The notes: generated by a model not told the origin, from the sequence alone. A stretch of DNA of 64,000 bases from Phyllosticta citribraziliensis (GCF_038025025.1 NW_027117343.1:2046001-2110000), one strand, 5' to 3'. Counted from the first letter of the stretch, positions 1-15,309 are shown. Numbers and translations: made by a program.

Positions 1-2137
<2,137 letters not shown>

Positions 2138-3000
2138 TTATCAGATCTGACGTGGAAGACTTGAGAGCGCCCGAGACGCCGTACGAACCCTGCGGTCAAA
2201 CGAGAATTATCTCTCTCCGGGGAGAATGCGAGGCTTGTCAGCAGCCCAGAGGAGCATCGACTGGGACAGGACAAGCAGGGAGCAGGAATTGCGCGGGAGC
2301 TGAGGGGAGAGAGGGAACAGAGGACGCGGGAGCGAGCTGGACTTATGGTACGATGTTTTTTCACGCGGGTGGGTTTTTACGATGGCCGTCACAGCGTTAT
2401 CGGGCTAGCTCCCCACATTGGCATGTACTGTACACTGCTCCCCGTCTCTCGGCACACGCTGCTTGCTGAAACCTGCAGCTAGCGCTCGGTCATAAGGCGA
2501 AGAATCTCGCTCTCCCTGGCCAGTTCGTGTACTCATTGCACTCGGGTTTATGTCTCCGTGGCAGCGCTCGAAGCTGCTCGGGCTCCGATATAGGACTACG
2601 TGCTCATTTGCGCAGTCGGGCAATATTTTGGTCGTGTAATGGGAGTTTCACGTAGTCGTCTAATGGCCAATCGTTGCTCGATTGGTCGACGACGTCATCC
2701 ATCACGCTGTTAGGCCAATGTTTGTGTGCACCTTGTTGCCGTCATGGTCGCTGCCAGAGGACCAACTCTCGACAACATGCATGGGTGTCAGGACGCGTAG
2801 AGAGAGCCATCAATTATTACAAGTCGGAACTGCATGCAGCAAAAAGAACCCATTCGCTCCATATTCGCCAAATACGTAAGACTACACTCGTCGAGGTGAT
2901 GAGCCTCAAAGAGCTCATTCCGTCCGTCATCACACATGCCATCTTCCGAGTAAACCGAGGGGGTAGCGTATCCGTGTATCCGTGTCTGTCGTATCGTAGC

Positions 3001-3739
3001 TTATTTCTTATTCGTAGCAACGACTGCGGCACAGTCAGCAGAAGGTTTGGGAAGAGTGGGCAGCTCACTTACCAGAAGGAACGATGATGATGACGAGCAG
3101 AAGAATGATGCCGATGACCAAGCACATGCGCATCTTCATGTCCTTCCACCACATTTGCTTGCGCACGCGGTTGGCGCCGCGGCGGAACCCTTGGGCAGAA
3201 ACGGCGAGGTTGTCCGTCTTGTCCTGGAGCGAGTCTAGCCTGGCACCGCGCTCAGACACCTTGTTAATGTTGTCGCGCATGATGCCGACGGTGCTGTCGA
3301 TTTCCTGTGCAAGTCATCAGTACGTGGTTCGTTGTGCGACGCGTGGTCGCCATCCAGGGCAGCAGCGAGTAGCAAGTCTAGGCAGAACCGTTGGTCAAAG
3401 GAGCGGCGTGCGAGGCTGGAAGTTCGGAGGCGGGCGCTTCGCGACGCACAGCCTCTTTGGGCGAAAGAGTCGCTGCTGCCGGCGAAACCGACGCATTTCC
3501 AGGAGTCGAGCGAGTTGTGGAGACGCGGTCGCAGGCTACACCGATATTTCGGACCAAGCTACTCGCTGCTGCATTCCTGGGACGAGCGAGGGCGGCGCGA
3601 AAGCGCAGAGAGGGCGAGGGAAACGTACAGCCTGCAGGGCAGCAGTGCGTTGGTTGCCGCCATTTTGTTGGTTGTTGGTGTTGGCGGCGTGGCCGTCGTT
3701 GGGAATGTAGGGGTCGTAGGGCGGTTCGCGGTCGGCCAT
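3001..3739 (-). CDS. SNC1: Synaptobrevin-like v-SNARE; 3 exons (3739-3629, 3304-3073, 3023-3001)
   Basis: Spliced product: [13 protein letters not shown]...[91 protein letters not shown]. It has an R-SNARE motif, a C-terminal TM helix and canonical GT-AG introns. Confidence 0.96.
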
Positions 3740-4225
3740 TTTGAAGACGTCGGATTAGGCGGAGAGGGTTGGGCGATGATAGTTGGATGTTGTGTCGTCG
3801 GTATGACGGGGTATCTCTTGTGTGGTGGTGGTGGTGGAGGTGAGTTGTGGAGGAGAGGGTTGGAAGGGTGGAGGGCCGGTCGGCAGAAGTGATGTGACCG
3901 AATGGCGTGGATTGGCTTTGGCTTTGGGGCTAGGAGAGAGGCTGAGCGGACGGCGACGGCGGGCTGAAAGGCCGTGCGGACAGCGTCTCGTGTTTTGTCG
4001 CGGAGTCGGTCGCAGCGATGCAAGAGGGCGGGCTGGGGCAGAATTATGTATGTGACTGAGCAGATGAAAGGGGCGGTCGCTAGGGTCGGGGAGATGGAGT
4101 TTCAAGGGCGAAAGAGGCGGGCGAGTCGAGGTTAAGTTGGATGATTTGGTGGTTTATTCGTTCATTCCGGTCCGCTTGGGTTATTGGGGACTGGGGCTGG
4201 GCGGCGGCTGGAGCTGCCTGGCGGT

Positions 4226-4258
4226 GGCAGTGGCAGTGGCAGTGGCAGTGGCAGTGGC
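4226..4258 (+). repeat. (GGCAGT)5 hexanucleotide microsatellite
   Basis: Seen directly in the sequence. Confidence 0.9.
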
Positions 4259-4989
4259 GACGGCGGTGACCGCCGGCAGAAAGAGGGAGAGGCGCTGACT
4301 CAGCGACAAGAAGCCGAGCTGCAGGCACGTGACTGCCACGGCTTGGAGACACCGCAGCTCCACCCGTTTTTGGACTTGAGTCCTGTCGCCGCATCAGGAA
4401 GAAAAGTGAAGTAGACGACGCGAACATGCCAAATCGCCATCATGCGCCGCCAATAATTGCGACGGCGGCAAGACGCAAAAAGCCACAGATGCGACACGAC
4501 ACGACACGACCACCCACGACACACCCGCCATTGGCATGCAATCCTAGGTCCCGTCGCTGCCCAGCCCGCCAAGGCACCCCAAGCAACTGCGAGCAGACTG
4601 AGCCTGAGTCTGCAACCTCCTTGCCCCTGCCGGCCTTGCAACCTGTACTTCTCATCACCAGAGCCCTCGGAAACACTTCACAAACACTCGTTACCACCTC
4701 GCCGTTTGTCCCGCTGTCATCACCTTCACCACCGCGTCTCCACTCCTCAACGCCCGTCAGCCTACCCGGCCCGCGCGTCACCCCGGATTTGCGCACCCGC
4801 CATCCCCACCCACCAGCCCAGGCACTCCACCATCGACTCCTACGCCATCATCCTCCCGTTCGCCCTGCGCCCCAGCTTGCGTCGAAATTCCGATAAAAAT
4901 ACAATCTGCGCCCGCGCGCGCAGACCCTCCTTGCTCTCATACTGGTCCTCCGGAATTGATCGTCGGGTTGACGTTACATAAACTCTGCC

Positions 4990-6456
4990 ATGAAGCTATC
5001 CAAACTCGCTGGGTCCGCCCTGATCGGCGCCTCGACCGTCAATGCTGCAATCACCATCAACTGGCAAGATGACAGTACGCGCCCATTATTTTCCTTCGTC
5101 ACACAACCGACTGACCACTTTTAGACTCGATCAAGCAGGGCATGCAGACTGCCGCCAAAGGCATGACCAAATACTACACCGGTTACAGGCCAGGAGACGT
5201 GCCCGGTAACCTGCCAAACCCATACTACTGGTGGGAGGCAGGTGCCATGTTTGGCGCTCTCATTGACTACTTTCTCTACACCGAAGACGACCAGTTCAAC
5301 GAAATCACCGTTCAAGGCATGATGCACCAGGTCGGCCCCGACAATGACTTTATGCCACCCAACCAGACAAAGACACTGGGAAACGATGATCAAGCCTTTT
5401 GGGGAATTGCTGCCCTGTCTGCCGCAGAAAACAAGTATCCTGATCCGGGATCGGGTCAACCGTCTTGGCTCGCCCTGGCCCAGGCCGTCTTCAACACCCA
5501 GGTCGCGCGCTGGGACATGGCAACGTGCGGAGGAGGTCTCAAGTGGCAGATTTTCACCTTCAACAACGGGTACAACTACAAAAACACCATTTCGACCGGC
5601 TGTTTCTTCAACATTGCCGCTCGCCTCGAAAAGTACACGGGAAACACGACCTACGGAGAGTGGGCCGTCAAGTCTTGGGACTGGACGCACGCCATTGGCC
5701 TGATGAGCGACGACTACCACTTTTTCGACGGAACCGACGACACCAACAACTGCTCGCAAATCAACCACATTCAATGGACTTACAATGCCGGTGTCATGTT
5801 GGCGGGTGCTGCCGCCATGTGGAACGTGGTAAGAAACACTTTTGATCGTTGTTTCAAAACTTCAAAATCTGACACTGTGACAGTCTGCCGAAAAGGGTGA
5901 CGTGAACAACATTTGGCGCGAGCGCGTCGACGGCATCATTGCCGGCTGCAGCGTCTTCACTCCCGATGGCAAAAACATCTTGTCCGAAGTGGCGTGCGAG
6001 CCCAACAACAAATGCAACGTCGACCAGCGCTCCTTCAAGGCCTACATCTCGCGTTGGATGGCCTACACGACCAAGGTCGCGCCCTGGACGACGCCCAAGC
6101 TCGAGCCCATCCTCCAATCCTCGCGCGAGGCGGCCGTCAAGACTTGCACCGGCGGCGACGACGGCAACCAGTGCGGGCTCCGCTGGACGACGGGCTCGTT
6201 TGACGGCAGCACGGGCGTCGGCGAGCAGATGGCGGCGCTCGAGGTGTTTGGCACGGCGCTCATCGCAAAGGTCTCGGGCCCCGTCACCAACGAGACGGGC
6301 GGCACGTCCAAGGGCGACCCCAACGCCGGCTCCAACAGCGCCAAAGATCCGACGTCCATCGACACCATCACCGGCGGCGACAGGGCCGGCGCTTCGTTCC
6401 TTACCATTATCATTCTGGGTGGAATTGTTGGCGGCGCTTGGTGGTTAATAGCATAG
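4990..6456 (+). CDS. GH76 alpha-1,6-mannanase/transglycosylase of the DCW1/DFG5 family, probably GPI-anchored; exons 4990-5074, 5125-5828, 5884-6456
   Basis: Signal peptide MKLSKLAGSALIGASTVNA. Motifs PYYWWEAGAMFG, catalytic LGNDDQAFW, CGGGLKWQIF, WTYNAG and DQRSFKAY. C-terminal ITGGDRAGASFLT plus a hydrophobic tail. Confidence 0.95.
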
Positions 6457-7173
6457 TGCGGTGGCGACGGCGCTTGCAGAAGAGAAGAGGGGAAGATTCT
6501 TGCCGTGCTTTTTCTTGAATATTTCTGGCCTTGTATTTCCTGCCGCCGTTGCAGTTGCGGTTGCAGTCGCGTTGTTGTTTGGCTAGCCGTCGTGGTGCAC
6601 TTTTTTCTTCTCTCTCCTCTTTGTCATGTCCCCTACCCCCTACTAGGCACCTACACTCTTGGGAGCGGACCAAGGCACGCAAGGTAGACAATGGGTACAC
6701 CTTCACACGCATATCTTTCTGTCCTGTCCTGTCCTGTTACATAAACCATCACACTCCTCACTGGCGCTGCTATGGCATCGTCATCAAAGACTACCACAAT
6801 GCACATGAATACCCCCTCCCCTCCCCCTTGCCGTCCTTTAGTTCCTCATCCTCACCGCCTGCACCACACGTGAGCGCCTTGGCCGATAGCAGGTCAGCCT
6901 TTTCCTTCTTCTTTTCCTTTTCTTTGTCTCTTCACTTTCCTTTCTCGTCGAGTGTGTGGCAGTAAATAAAGCAGTATGTAGTAGTTAGTCCTCGGAAAGG
7001 CTAGTTCGAGTAATACAGTTGCATATATGTCTCTCTCTATGGAGTAGCGTAGCACACCGATAGCAGCGTCAAAACACACATGCATGAAGGACGCGTGGGA
7101 TGCTAGGATGGATGCTCTGTGGAAGTCTTCGGGGAAAGACTTGTTCTAGACAGAGACAGAGACGAAAGGAGCC

Positions 7174-8146
7174 TCAGTGCTGCTCGGGCTCGACGACGAA
7201 AGCGCCGCCGAGCAGGATGGCCGGTTCGTTGAGGGCGTGGTGTTCGTAGCTGCGGTTTGTTCGTCGTCAGCATCAACATCGTCCACCTTCCACCCTCCAC
7301 ACACAACAACAGCAAACACGAGAGAAGAGAAAAGGCGCCAAACTCACCTCAACGTCCCCACACCGCCGGCCTCCAAAAGCAGCGCCGGATTCTCGTACAC
7401 CTGCCGCCCGACCCAGCGCGCCGCGAACGCCCGCAGAATGTGGCCGTGCGCGACAATCAGCACGTCGCCTCTGCCTACTGCCTCCTCCGCGGCCTCTTTC
7501 TCCTCCGCACCTCCGCCAGCCAAAAACGGCGCATGCCACCGCCCCCTAATCTCCTCAATCAGCCGGTCCAGCCGCTGCGTGATCTGCTCCGGACTCTCGC
7601 CGCCAGGGCACCCGTCGCGCCAGATATCCCAGGGCGGCTGGCCGGCGGCGGCGCGCTGCTGGCGTATCTGTGCCGAGGTGAGGCCTTCGTAGTCGCCGTA
7701 GTCCCATTCGGCGATGAGGGGGGTGACGGTGATGTGGGCGTGGGTTTGGCGGGGAGGCGGGTCATCGGCGGCGTCTTTTGCGGAGGGCGTGTGCGGGTGC
7801 CAGGGCAGAGGGGCGCCGCAGTTGAAGTTGAGCAGCTCGAAGGTGCGCTGGGCGCGGTGGCGGGGGGAGACGTAGCTTCAAAGGTTCCGTATCAGCCAGT
7901 GTGCTTGTAAACCGGCTCCCTCCTCTTCTCAGGGGAATGAATCAACTAATGGCCAACTCACATGTGCGCCAGATTCTTGGGCACAATCAGCCTGTCGTCG
8001 CCGACCAGCGCGCGCCCCGTCGCCCGTACGCGCTTCTCGCCGCTGGCCGTCAGCGGCAGCTCCGTCGACCCCGTGTGCCGCCCGTTGAGGCTCCACTCGG
8101 TCTCGCCGTGGCGCACGATGAAGATGCGGGGCGTGGGCGGCGGCAT
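7174..8146 (-). CDS. Histidine phosphatase / phosphoglycerate mutase family (SHB17-like); 3 exons
   Basis: Motifs [11 protein letters not shown] (RHG), [33 protein letters not shown] and [10 protein letters not shown]. The last exon reads [24 protein letters not shown]. Confidence 0.92.
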
Positions 8147-9354
8147 CCCAGAAGTTCAAATGCTTTTCTTTCTCGGAGAAATCTTCTTTTTCTTTTCTTC
8201 TCTTGGCTGGGGTCGTGGTTGTGGACGGTGGGGACTGGGGGGAACGTGCAGAAGAAGGACGTAGCGCTGCGAGGATTTGGGGGTTGGATTGGGTTGGCAG
8301 CTGCGGTAGGTATGTAGGTGGGAGGACGAAGGTCGAAGGAAAACAGGACAGGGCTTTGGAAAAGAGGGTCGAGATAATCAAGGCACACACGCTAGCCAAT
8401 GGCTGGCTACATGTACCTCGAAGGTTAGCAGCAGCAGCAACGACCCGAGCTCGGCGCTATCCGTCCGACGGGTCTGGATGAGGCTCTTCTTCAGGCCGAT
8501 TGATCCCATCCGATGATGATGATGATGAAGCTGCTGACGGATGGACTGGCTCGACTGGACTGCACCGGACAGGAGTGGACACGGAGAATGGCCTGTGGGC
8601 GGGAAACCCGGATGGATGTTTTCCTTGGTCAGGTTGGTTTACGTCGCCGTTGGCTTGTGCGGTGTGGAGAGGACTGGAGGACGGAGAGCTCGGGAGGGAC
8701 GGCGGTGGAGGAGCATGATGTCAGTTCTGACCCCGCGGCAAGCCCCACCTTTCCTTCACTCCTGGCTGCGGTGGCACCAGCGTTTTGCGGGTTCGTCTGG
8801 AGAGGGCTTGTGGTTGGCTTTGGAGCTGTTGGTCGTTTGATATGCCTTGATTTGATTAAATCCAATTGACTTTTGAGTGTTCACTTCGGATTTGGACATG
8901 GTCTGTCCTCATTGGGCCATTTCTCGCCTTCTCTTTGTCGACGTCCTCATTTGCCGATTTGTCCGTCGCGGCTTTCCCTCGGCGGCGATACTCACCTTTC
9001 GGTATCGACGGGCTTCTGCGAGGGCGAAGACGCGATGGCGAGCTGATTGGCTCGTCTGCTTCTCTGTCACGGTGCCACTTGGAGGTAGGTATCATTCCTC
9101 AACACTCGTGGTGCGATCACAACCCCCACGACGAATCTGGGACACAGCGACACGGAGGCAAATTAAACTGCAGAGCAAAAGTCGATGAGGCCTCTGGTTA
9201 TGGGCGCAAACTCTGTCATCTGCACATCGCACTGGCTACAACCAATCCCGATATTTGTAGCTAAGGAGGCCGTCGACTCGTCGTCCGAAACATACGAATA
9301 CATATCCATCCATCCATCCGTTGAATTGACATGTCAGCTCATCCAAAGCCCCGA

Positions 9355-11747
9355 CTACGAGAAACGGCGTAAGAAGCGGCGCAGACGGCGCTTGTGCAGG
9401 GCGTTGTTGTCTGTATCAAGCGTACATCGTCAGCATACATTCCTTGAATCAAGGAAAAGGAGGTGGGTAAAAGAGAAGAAAGGGTGCAAACATACTGGTC
9501 GTTTGATCCTGCGGCGTCTCCTGTTTGTTGTCCAGCAGCGTCGTATCTCCTCCCGTCGGCTTCTTGACGTTGCCCTGATTGGGGTCCGTCTTGAGCTCTT
9601 CCGTCTGGACACCTTCCGTGTTGGTGTTGGTGTTGGTATTGGTATTGGTCTCCGTCGTCGTGCCGCCTCCACCGCCGCCGTTGGGCGAACTGACGCACGC
9701 GAAGCTGAGCTGCTGCGTTCCAGTCGCGCCGCCGCCTCCTCCGCCGCCGCCAGGGGGGTTCAAGTCGTCGCCCACGCCGCCGCCGCCGTTGAAGGGCACG
9801 GTGATCTTGTTGTCGCCGGTGGTAGACGAGGGCTTCTTCTTGGTTTGCTGGGTTTGTTGAGTCTGTTGACGGCGGAAGAGACGGCGGAAGCGGGCGCCAC
9901 CGCCATTTTCAGTGCCACCACCTGCGCCATCCGTGCTCTCCGTCGTCGTTTTGCTCTCGGTCAGGGGGTCTTGTTTGACCGGGCCCTGAGGCGCCGCGTC
10001 GTATTTCGTCGAATAGTCCCACTTCATCGCGACGTACGGGAAGCAGATCGAGCCCGACGGCAGCAAGACCAGATCGCCGCCGACGGTGATCTCGGTGCTC
10101 TTGAATGGCTCGCCAACGACCTTGGCCGTGGTGTCGACTTGGGCGAAGTACGTGCCAGTGAATTGACCCAGGCATCCGGCCGCCTTGACGCACTGCGGGC
10201 TGGTAATTTCCTCGTACGTCGAGAGGATGGTCTTGTCGTCGAAGGCCTGGACGTGCGCGTTGAAGTGGTCGGCGGGGCCTTTGGTGATGATGTTTTTGGC
10301 GCCCACGGTGAATTTGTCGGTCAGGATTGCGATGGCGACGTTGCGTGGTGGTGCGCCGCCGCCTTCCCCTCCTCCGCCCTTGCCACCTCCTTTTCCGCCA
10401 GTCGTATCGGTGGTATCAGTAGTGTCAGTCGTCTGCTGCAGTTGTTCGGTTGTCCCCTGTTCGGTTGTCCCCTTTGGTGTTTGATTGGTCTTTGTCTTCT
10501 TGTTGGCGCGCCTGACGAAACGTAGTTTTGCACCAGTGTTGTCCGTCTGGTCAGTGGACTGTTCCGTGTTCTGCTGCTGCAGTTGGGTGGTATCTTCAGG
10601 CTTTACGGCATTGGGATCGGTATTCGTCTCCGTATTCGTCTCAGTAGTGGGCTGCTTCGTTTCTGGCGGCGGCTGCTCCCCTCCTGTCGTCGTTTCGCCC
10701 GAGCTGGGAAGTTGCGTGTTGCGCGTAAGCCAGGTAATGACGTACTGCTGCGTCTTCCCAAGGCGGACGAGGACCTTCCACGAGCCACCCATGCCATTGA
10801 ACGGTTCTCCAGACATGCCGTTGATGAAGGGCTCCTTGGAGAGGAGAGGGGACGGAGGCCCCGCGTTTTGGGTCTTGGTGTTGAGCCAGACGCCGCCCTT
10901 TTGGTCTTCAGAGCAGGCTGAACAAAACGGGGCGTCGTCGGCCTCCGCAAAGGCAATGCCCGTGTTGTGACTGCAGCCGCCTCCGCTCGTGGCGCCATCG
11001 ATTATTTGCAACTTGCCATCTTCATCAACGTATTCGATCGAATCCGCAAAGTGGCCGGTCCACTTCCCAGTGTAGTAGCTGATGACGAAGCTGCGGCAGT
11101 TAGGAAAGACTCATATAACAGCGACCATGTGATCTTACTATGCGGCGAAAAGCTTCTTTGTAGGAGACCAAACCAGGTCCCCATTCATATCCACGGCTTG
11201 TCCCAAGCCTTCTTCCGGATGTACACCAGGGCCTGCGAGGTACGTTTTCCACGCGATGTTGCCGCCTACCACTCTGTACAAGACTGGAATGGGCACGTTA
11301 TCCTTAGGAGCATCGGCAGTACCCGGGGCCAGCGGTTCATTTGTCAAGAGAGCGAAACCGACATCATCGTCCGGAACGACGAGACCACCAGCTGATTTCC
11401 GTTAGCACCTGGGCAATGCAGAAATGTTTTCACATACCTTCCCTCCCGTCTGGAACAGTGAAGGCTTTCCCAATGGCTTTGAAGGTTTTCAAATCCACTT
11501 GTTGCACATGGACTCCTTTTCCGCTTGCGTCGAGATACGCGATAAATCCGATCTTGCCAGTGGGTGAAGCAGCAAAGCAGATGCGTCGGTGGGTCTTCAT
11601 CCCAGTCCAGTAGAGGTCCTTGACGCCATTGAATGGGAACTCCAAAGCAAACGTGTTGGGGTAAGTCTTGATATTTGCCTCGGTGATGGCGGCATAGGCA
11701 GTTTGGAGAGTCCAGATCAACAGGCAGAGACCGATGTAAATCCGCAT
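9355..11747 (-). CDS. Secreted conserved hypothetical protein with Thr/Gln/Gly-rich inserts; 4 exons predicted
   Basis: Signal peptide MRIYIGLCLLIWTLQTAYA. The ORFs join through GT-AG introns near 11392-11437, 11091-11138 and 9412-9495 into one frame: ...EAGGLVV...DMNGDLVW...AAYFVISYYTGKWTGHFADSIEY...GCSHNTGIAF...ICFPYV..., ending HKRRLRRFLRRFS*. Confidence 0.8.
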
Positions 11748-12239
11748 AATGAGTGTGTTGGTAAAGGAATGACTATAAAATCAAGGATAGTGGGGGGCCG
11801 TTGTGTTGCAGACCTCAGGTTACCAGGACGGCGCAGGTGATATAGGCCAAGCGGCTTCGTAGTAGCCTTTGGCTAATTACCTAAAGACATTTTTAGAGGT
11901 AACGCCACCAAGACATCTTCAACTATAGGTACGTAAAGCTTCCGCACTTGTGAGGGTGCCCGCATGCAAGTGCGCGGAATCCTCTGGACTGGTGTAAGGT
12001 AAATGCCCTCCAAACCGCATTCAACTGTACCGTCCCTTGGTCGACTCTGACATGCTTACCGCTTCTTCCACCGTTGCTGTATTTCAGCAGCTCGTCGTCA
12101 TGATCCCAAACTGAAGTTGATGCTTTCCGCAGCTGAAATGCGACTCGCGTCGACCCGAGGTGGGACGATGCAGGTCGAAGTCAGAACCCTGGTCCCCTGA
12201 AAGAGTGAGTTTTCCTGATACTAGCTAACCATCATAGGC

Positions 12240-12760
12240 AAGCGACTTCTCGTGCTTTTCCAGGGAGGCGGGAATAACGGCGAGAAGGATGTCCAATGGA
12301 AAAGTCGTCCTCAACACCGAAGTCATGTTCAAATTTGATCACGTCTTGGGCGCGGAACGATGCATCCTACAAGCGACTCATGAAGTTTCGCACCACTGCA
12401 GACGAATACGACGTGCCTGCATTTGCTGAGAAGTAATCAGCATGTCATCTGGACAGTTTGAATCGAATGAAAAGGGAATCTGATGCACGAGATTCGGTGA
12501 AGTGGTGATGGACGAGGTGGTAGGGCTTGAGTGTCGCTTCGATCCGAGCCGATGAGTTGCCGACGCGGCATTTTGAAACTATGCCGATTCGGCATCTGCT
12601 CTGGCTGGCCTCTAGAAGGATCCTTTACAGTAGTGCTTGAGTATAATGACGCCAGTTACCAGTATGCAACGGACTTCATCGTGAAGACGTTTTCCTCGAT
12701 TGAGAGCGCACCGTACCGTTGTTGCCAACCTGGGCTCAAAAAAAGCTTGGAGCATTAAGG
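12240..12760 (+). pseudogene. Possible degenerate BTB/POZ-type gene remnant
   Basis: Fragments GKVVLNTEVMFKF, KRLMKFRTTADEYDVPAFAEK* and FTVVLEYNDASYQYATDFIVKTF resemble fungal BTB proteins (ADKYDV motif) but are broken by stops and frame changes. Confidence 0.25.
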
Positions 12761-15309
12761 TTTCACTTCCCCTCAATTGCCGGGTCGAGTCCTCATCCCA
12801 ACGAGCAACTACCGATGGGACCGCCTGCTGCACTTTCCGCCTCTTGCCGTTGCTTATCCACACAATTCTGCTTCTTTCGAAATTACAGTCAGGCCACCTG
12901 TAGAACTGGCCATTCGGGTAGTTAGGATTTGATTAGAGGACTTAAAGCGACCAACAAGGCAAGATGAAGGCTAGAGGGATGCTTAAGATCGGGGGCTGAA
13001 CTTGAAAAGCGAGAAGTTTGTTACCAAGCATTGCATGATCTTTGCTGCACCTGGCAAAACGTAACAGCATAATCGGGCAATGTTTTCCCGATCGCTGAAG
13101 AGTCTCGTCGAAGCTCGGCATACAGAGACACGCAATCTAGGTCGAGCTGAGCCTTTGCCGTCGTGGAATGCATCAACATGGCCAAGACGGACGGAACGGC
13201 ACGAGAGTGCCTTGCAGGCGTGGTTGATGTGATGGTCGCACGCGGGATATGGGGCCGGCCGACCCTGGCCCAGTCATGAAGACGTCTAGTTGTTCGGCTG
13301 GTTTCCGGGTGAGCGGTGACAAAACGGACAATTTCGAAAGACAGCAGGACAATTGTCTGTATAGCCGTCGGCTGCTGGTCGACATTAGCACGACGTCATT
13401 CATAGAGGATCATCGGTGCTAGCTGCGTGACACAGAACACAAAGCAACGTGTTCTTCAAATCCAAGAGACGATGTTGCCCGATATGTTTATCAGGCAGCA
13501 ATGACACTGCCGGCGCATGACGTGATGACACTACATGGCGCTAGGTGTTGAGAGACAAGTCGCATACCCGTGCAAGCTAGCGTTTTCTCCAAGAGGTAGT
13601 GATGGCTCGCTAGTGCTATCCTGACGCTAAGCCGAAAAGGGTAATCGAATTGCTCGTTGCAATTTCATAGACCTTTGGAGTCCTCGGACAGGATGCAGCA
13701 TCCGACCGATTATAAAAAGCATTCAGGCTGGCTGTTTGGTCGAGAGACAGTTGTGGCTTCAAAGCCGTATCCGTATGCTGCAGGGAAGCAAAGGCTTAGT
13801 CCTCAGATACGGCGGCGGGATTGTTCTGGGGTCGGCTTCTCCGTTTTAGGCGTTCCGACGTGGTCATAGCAAAAGGGACGAGGCGTCGACCGATGATAAG
13901 CACCCGTGCGGCGAACGAATGCTGGTCAAGGCTTGTGCTCTGCGGCCATTCTAATAGGTTGGCAATAGTGTCGACCAGGCAAATGCCCCCTGGCAACGGC
14001 GTGGCAGAATTGCATCACATGCGGTTCGTTTTTCTATTTTTTTGCTTGGCTCCCACACGACTCCTGACAATCGTAGATTTCAGGATCTTTCGAGGCCTCG
14101 ATGACTCGAGGTGTGGGGACGAGCGGAAATGGGTCGTACGTTGAGATGGGAAGTGCGAGATTGGCGTCTGCGGGAGATAGATAGCAAACGCGTCAACCGG
14201 GTGATGCTTGGCGAGGAAGTTTTTTTCTCTCGCATTGGCCCAAAAACATTTGGTGATGGTTCGCCGGTGGTGTTTGAGTGCCAGTCAGGGGTGCAGACAG
14301 GGACAGGGGGTCCTGGCAGCTGTGGCTTGACGCCCACGCCAGATCTTTGCTGAAACGCGGCGGGAAGACCCTTTGTGACCCTGCACTGGTTTGGTCGCAC
14401 TCGATGGATGGTGTCGTAGCTGGACGAGAAAAAGGCCAAGACTCGCAGCTCGTAATTCTGGCTTGGGCGGCGCGAGAAAAGGGCCGTCTCTTTGAACTTT
14501 CTCGAACTGTCCCTCGTGTAGGGCTGCGACGGTGTCAAGCTCAGACGCCTGCAGGTGGCTTGGGAGCGGAGATGGATGCCAGGACACGGCGCACAGCCAC
14601 AGGAACAACATGGCGGTGGAGAAATGGACAGGTGAAGGGTAGCGGCGGCAGGTCCAAAATTAGAGTGACGACAGCAGGACGCGGCCGGGCGGAGAAGAGG
14701 TCGTGATGGGAGTAACCGCGCGGTTGGAGAGGACGTGTCGTGTCGTGTCGTGTCGTGGTCGTGGTTGGAGGTGTGGAGTCGGTCACCTTGGTTGAAACCA
14801 CAGCAGGACTGGACTTCAGGAGACGAAACAACACGTGCCCACGGCGCCTGTACGGTACCTGTCGATGACCTCGTTGCAGCCAGCGAGCTCGAAAAGCATC
14901 CATCCGTCCATCCACCCATTCTCGTTGGTTTCGTTTTCGCTTGTTGCTTCGCCGCCGGGCTGTCAAGTGCAACCTAAGTGCTGCGGCCCGCACGCCTTGT
15001 AGTGGAGACCCTGGCCAACTGCCAGCCCACCTGCACCTAGCAAGCCTCCCGCCCCGACTGCACGATAACCACCACTCTGCGCCATTCGCAGCCTCTTGTC
15101 TCCCGCGACCCAACCTTCTCTCGCTCACGCCCTCTCTGCGACGGCCCTCCCTTGGCTTCGTCTCCATCCGCTTCCAAATCCACCGCAATCTCCTCTGCCC
15201 TGTCGCGTGGCCCACTCTCGCTCTCTCCCGTCGTCCTCACCGCGAATCCGCCGACCTACCCCCCTCTGCTCCTCTCGCCATTGCCGACGACACGACCAAA
15301 CACTTCATC

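Noticed and set aside
3305..3628. SNC1 intron as SRP RNA or a snoRNA
   Set aside because: I could not identify an SRP helix-8 or Alu motif, or convincing C/D or H/ACA boxes, by eye.
9185..10525. 446-aa plus-strand ORF
   Set aside because: It is antisense to the secreted-protein gene, and its low complexity mirrors that CDS.
14941..15309. 123-codon in-frame extension upstream of the ATG at 15310
   Set aside because: It has a TTG start in a C/T-rich leader that lacks stops by composition. There is no positive evidence for non-AUG initiation.
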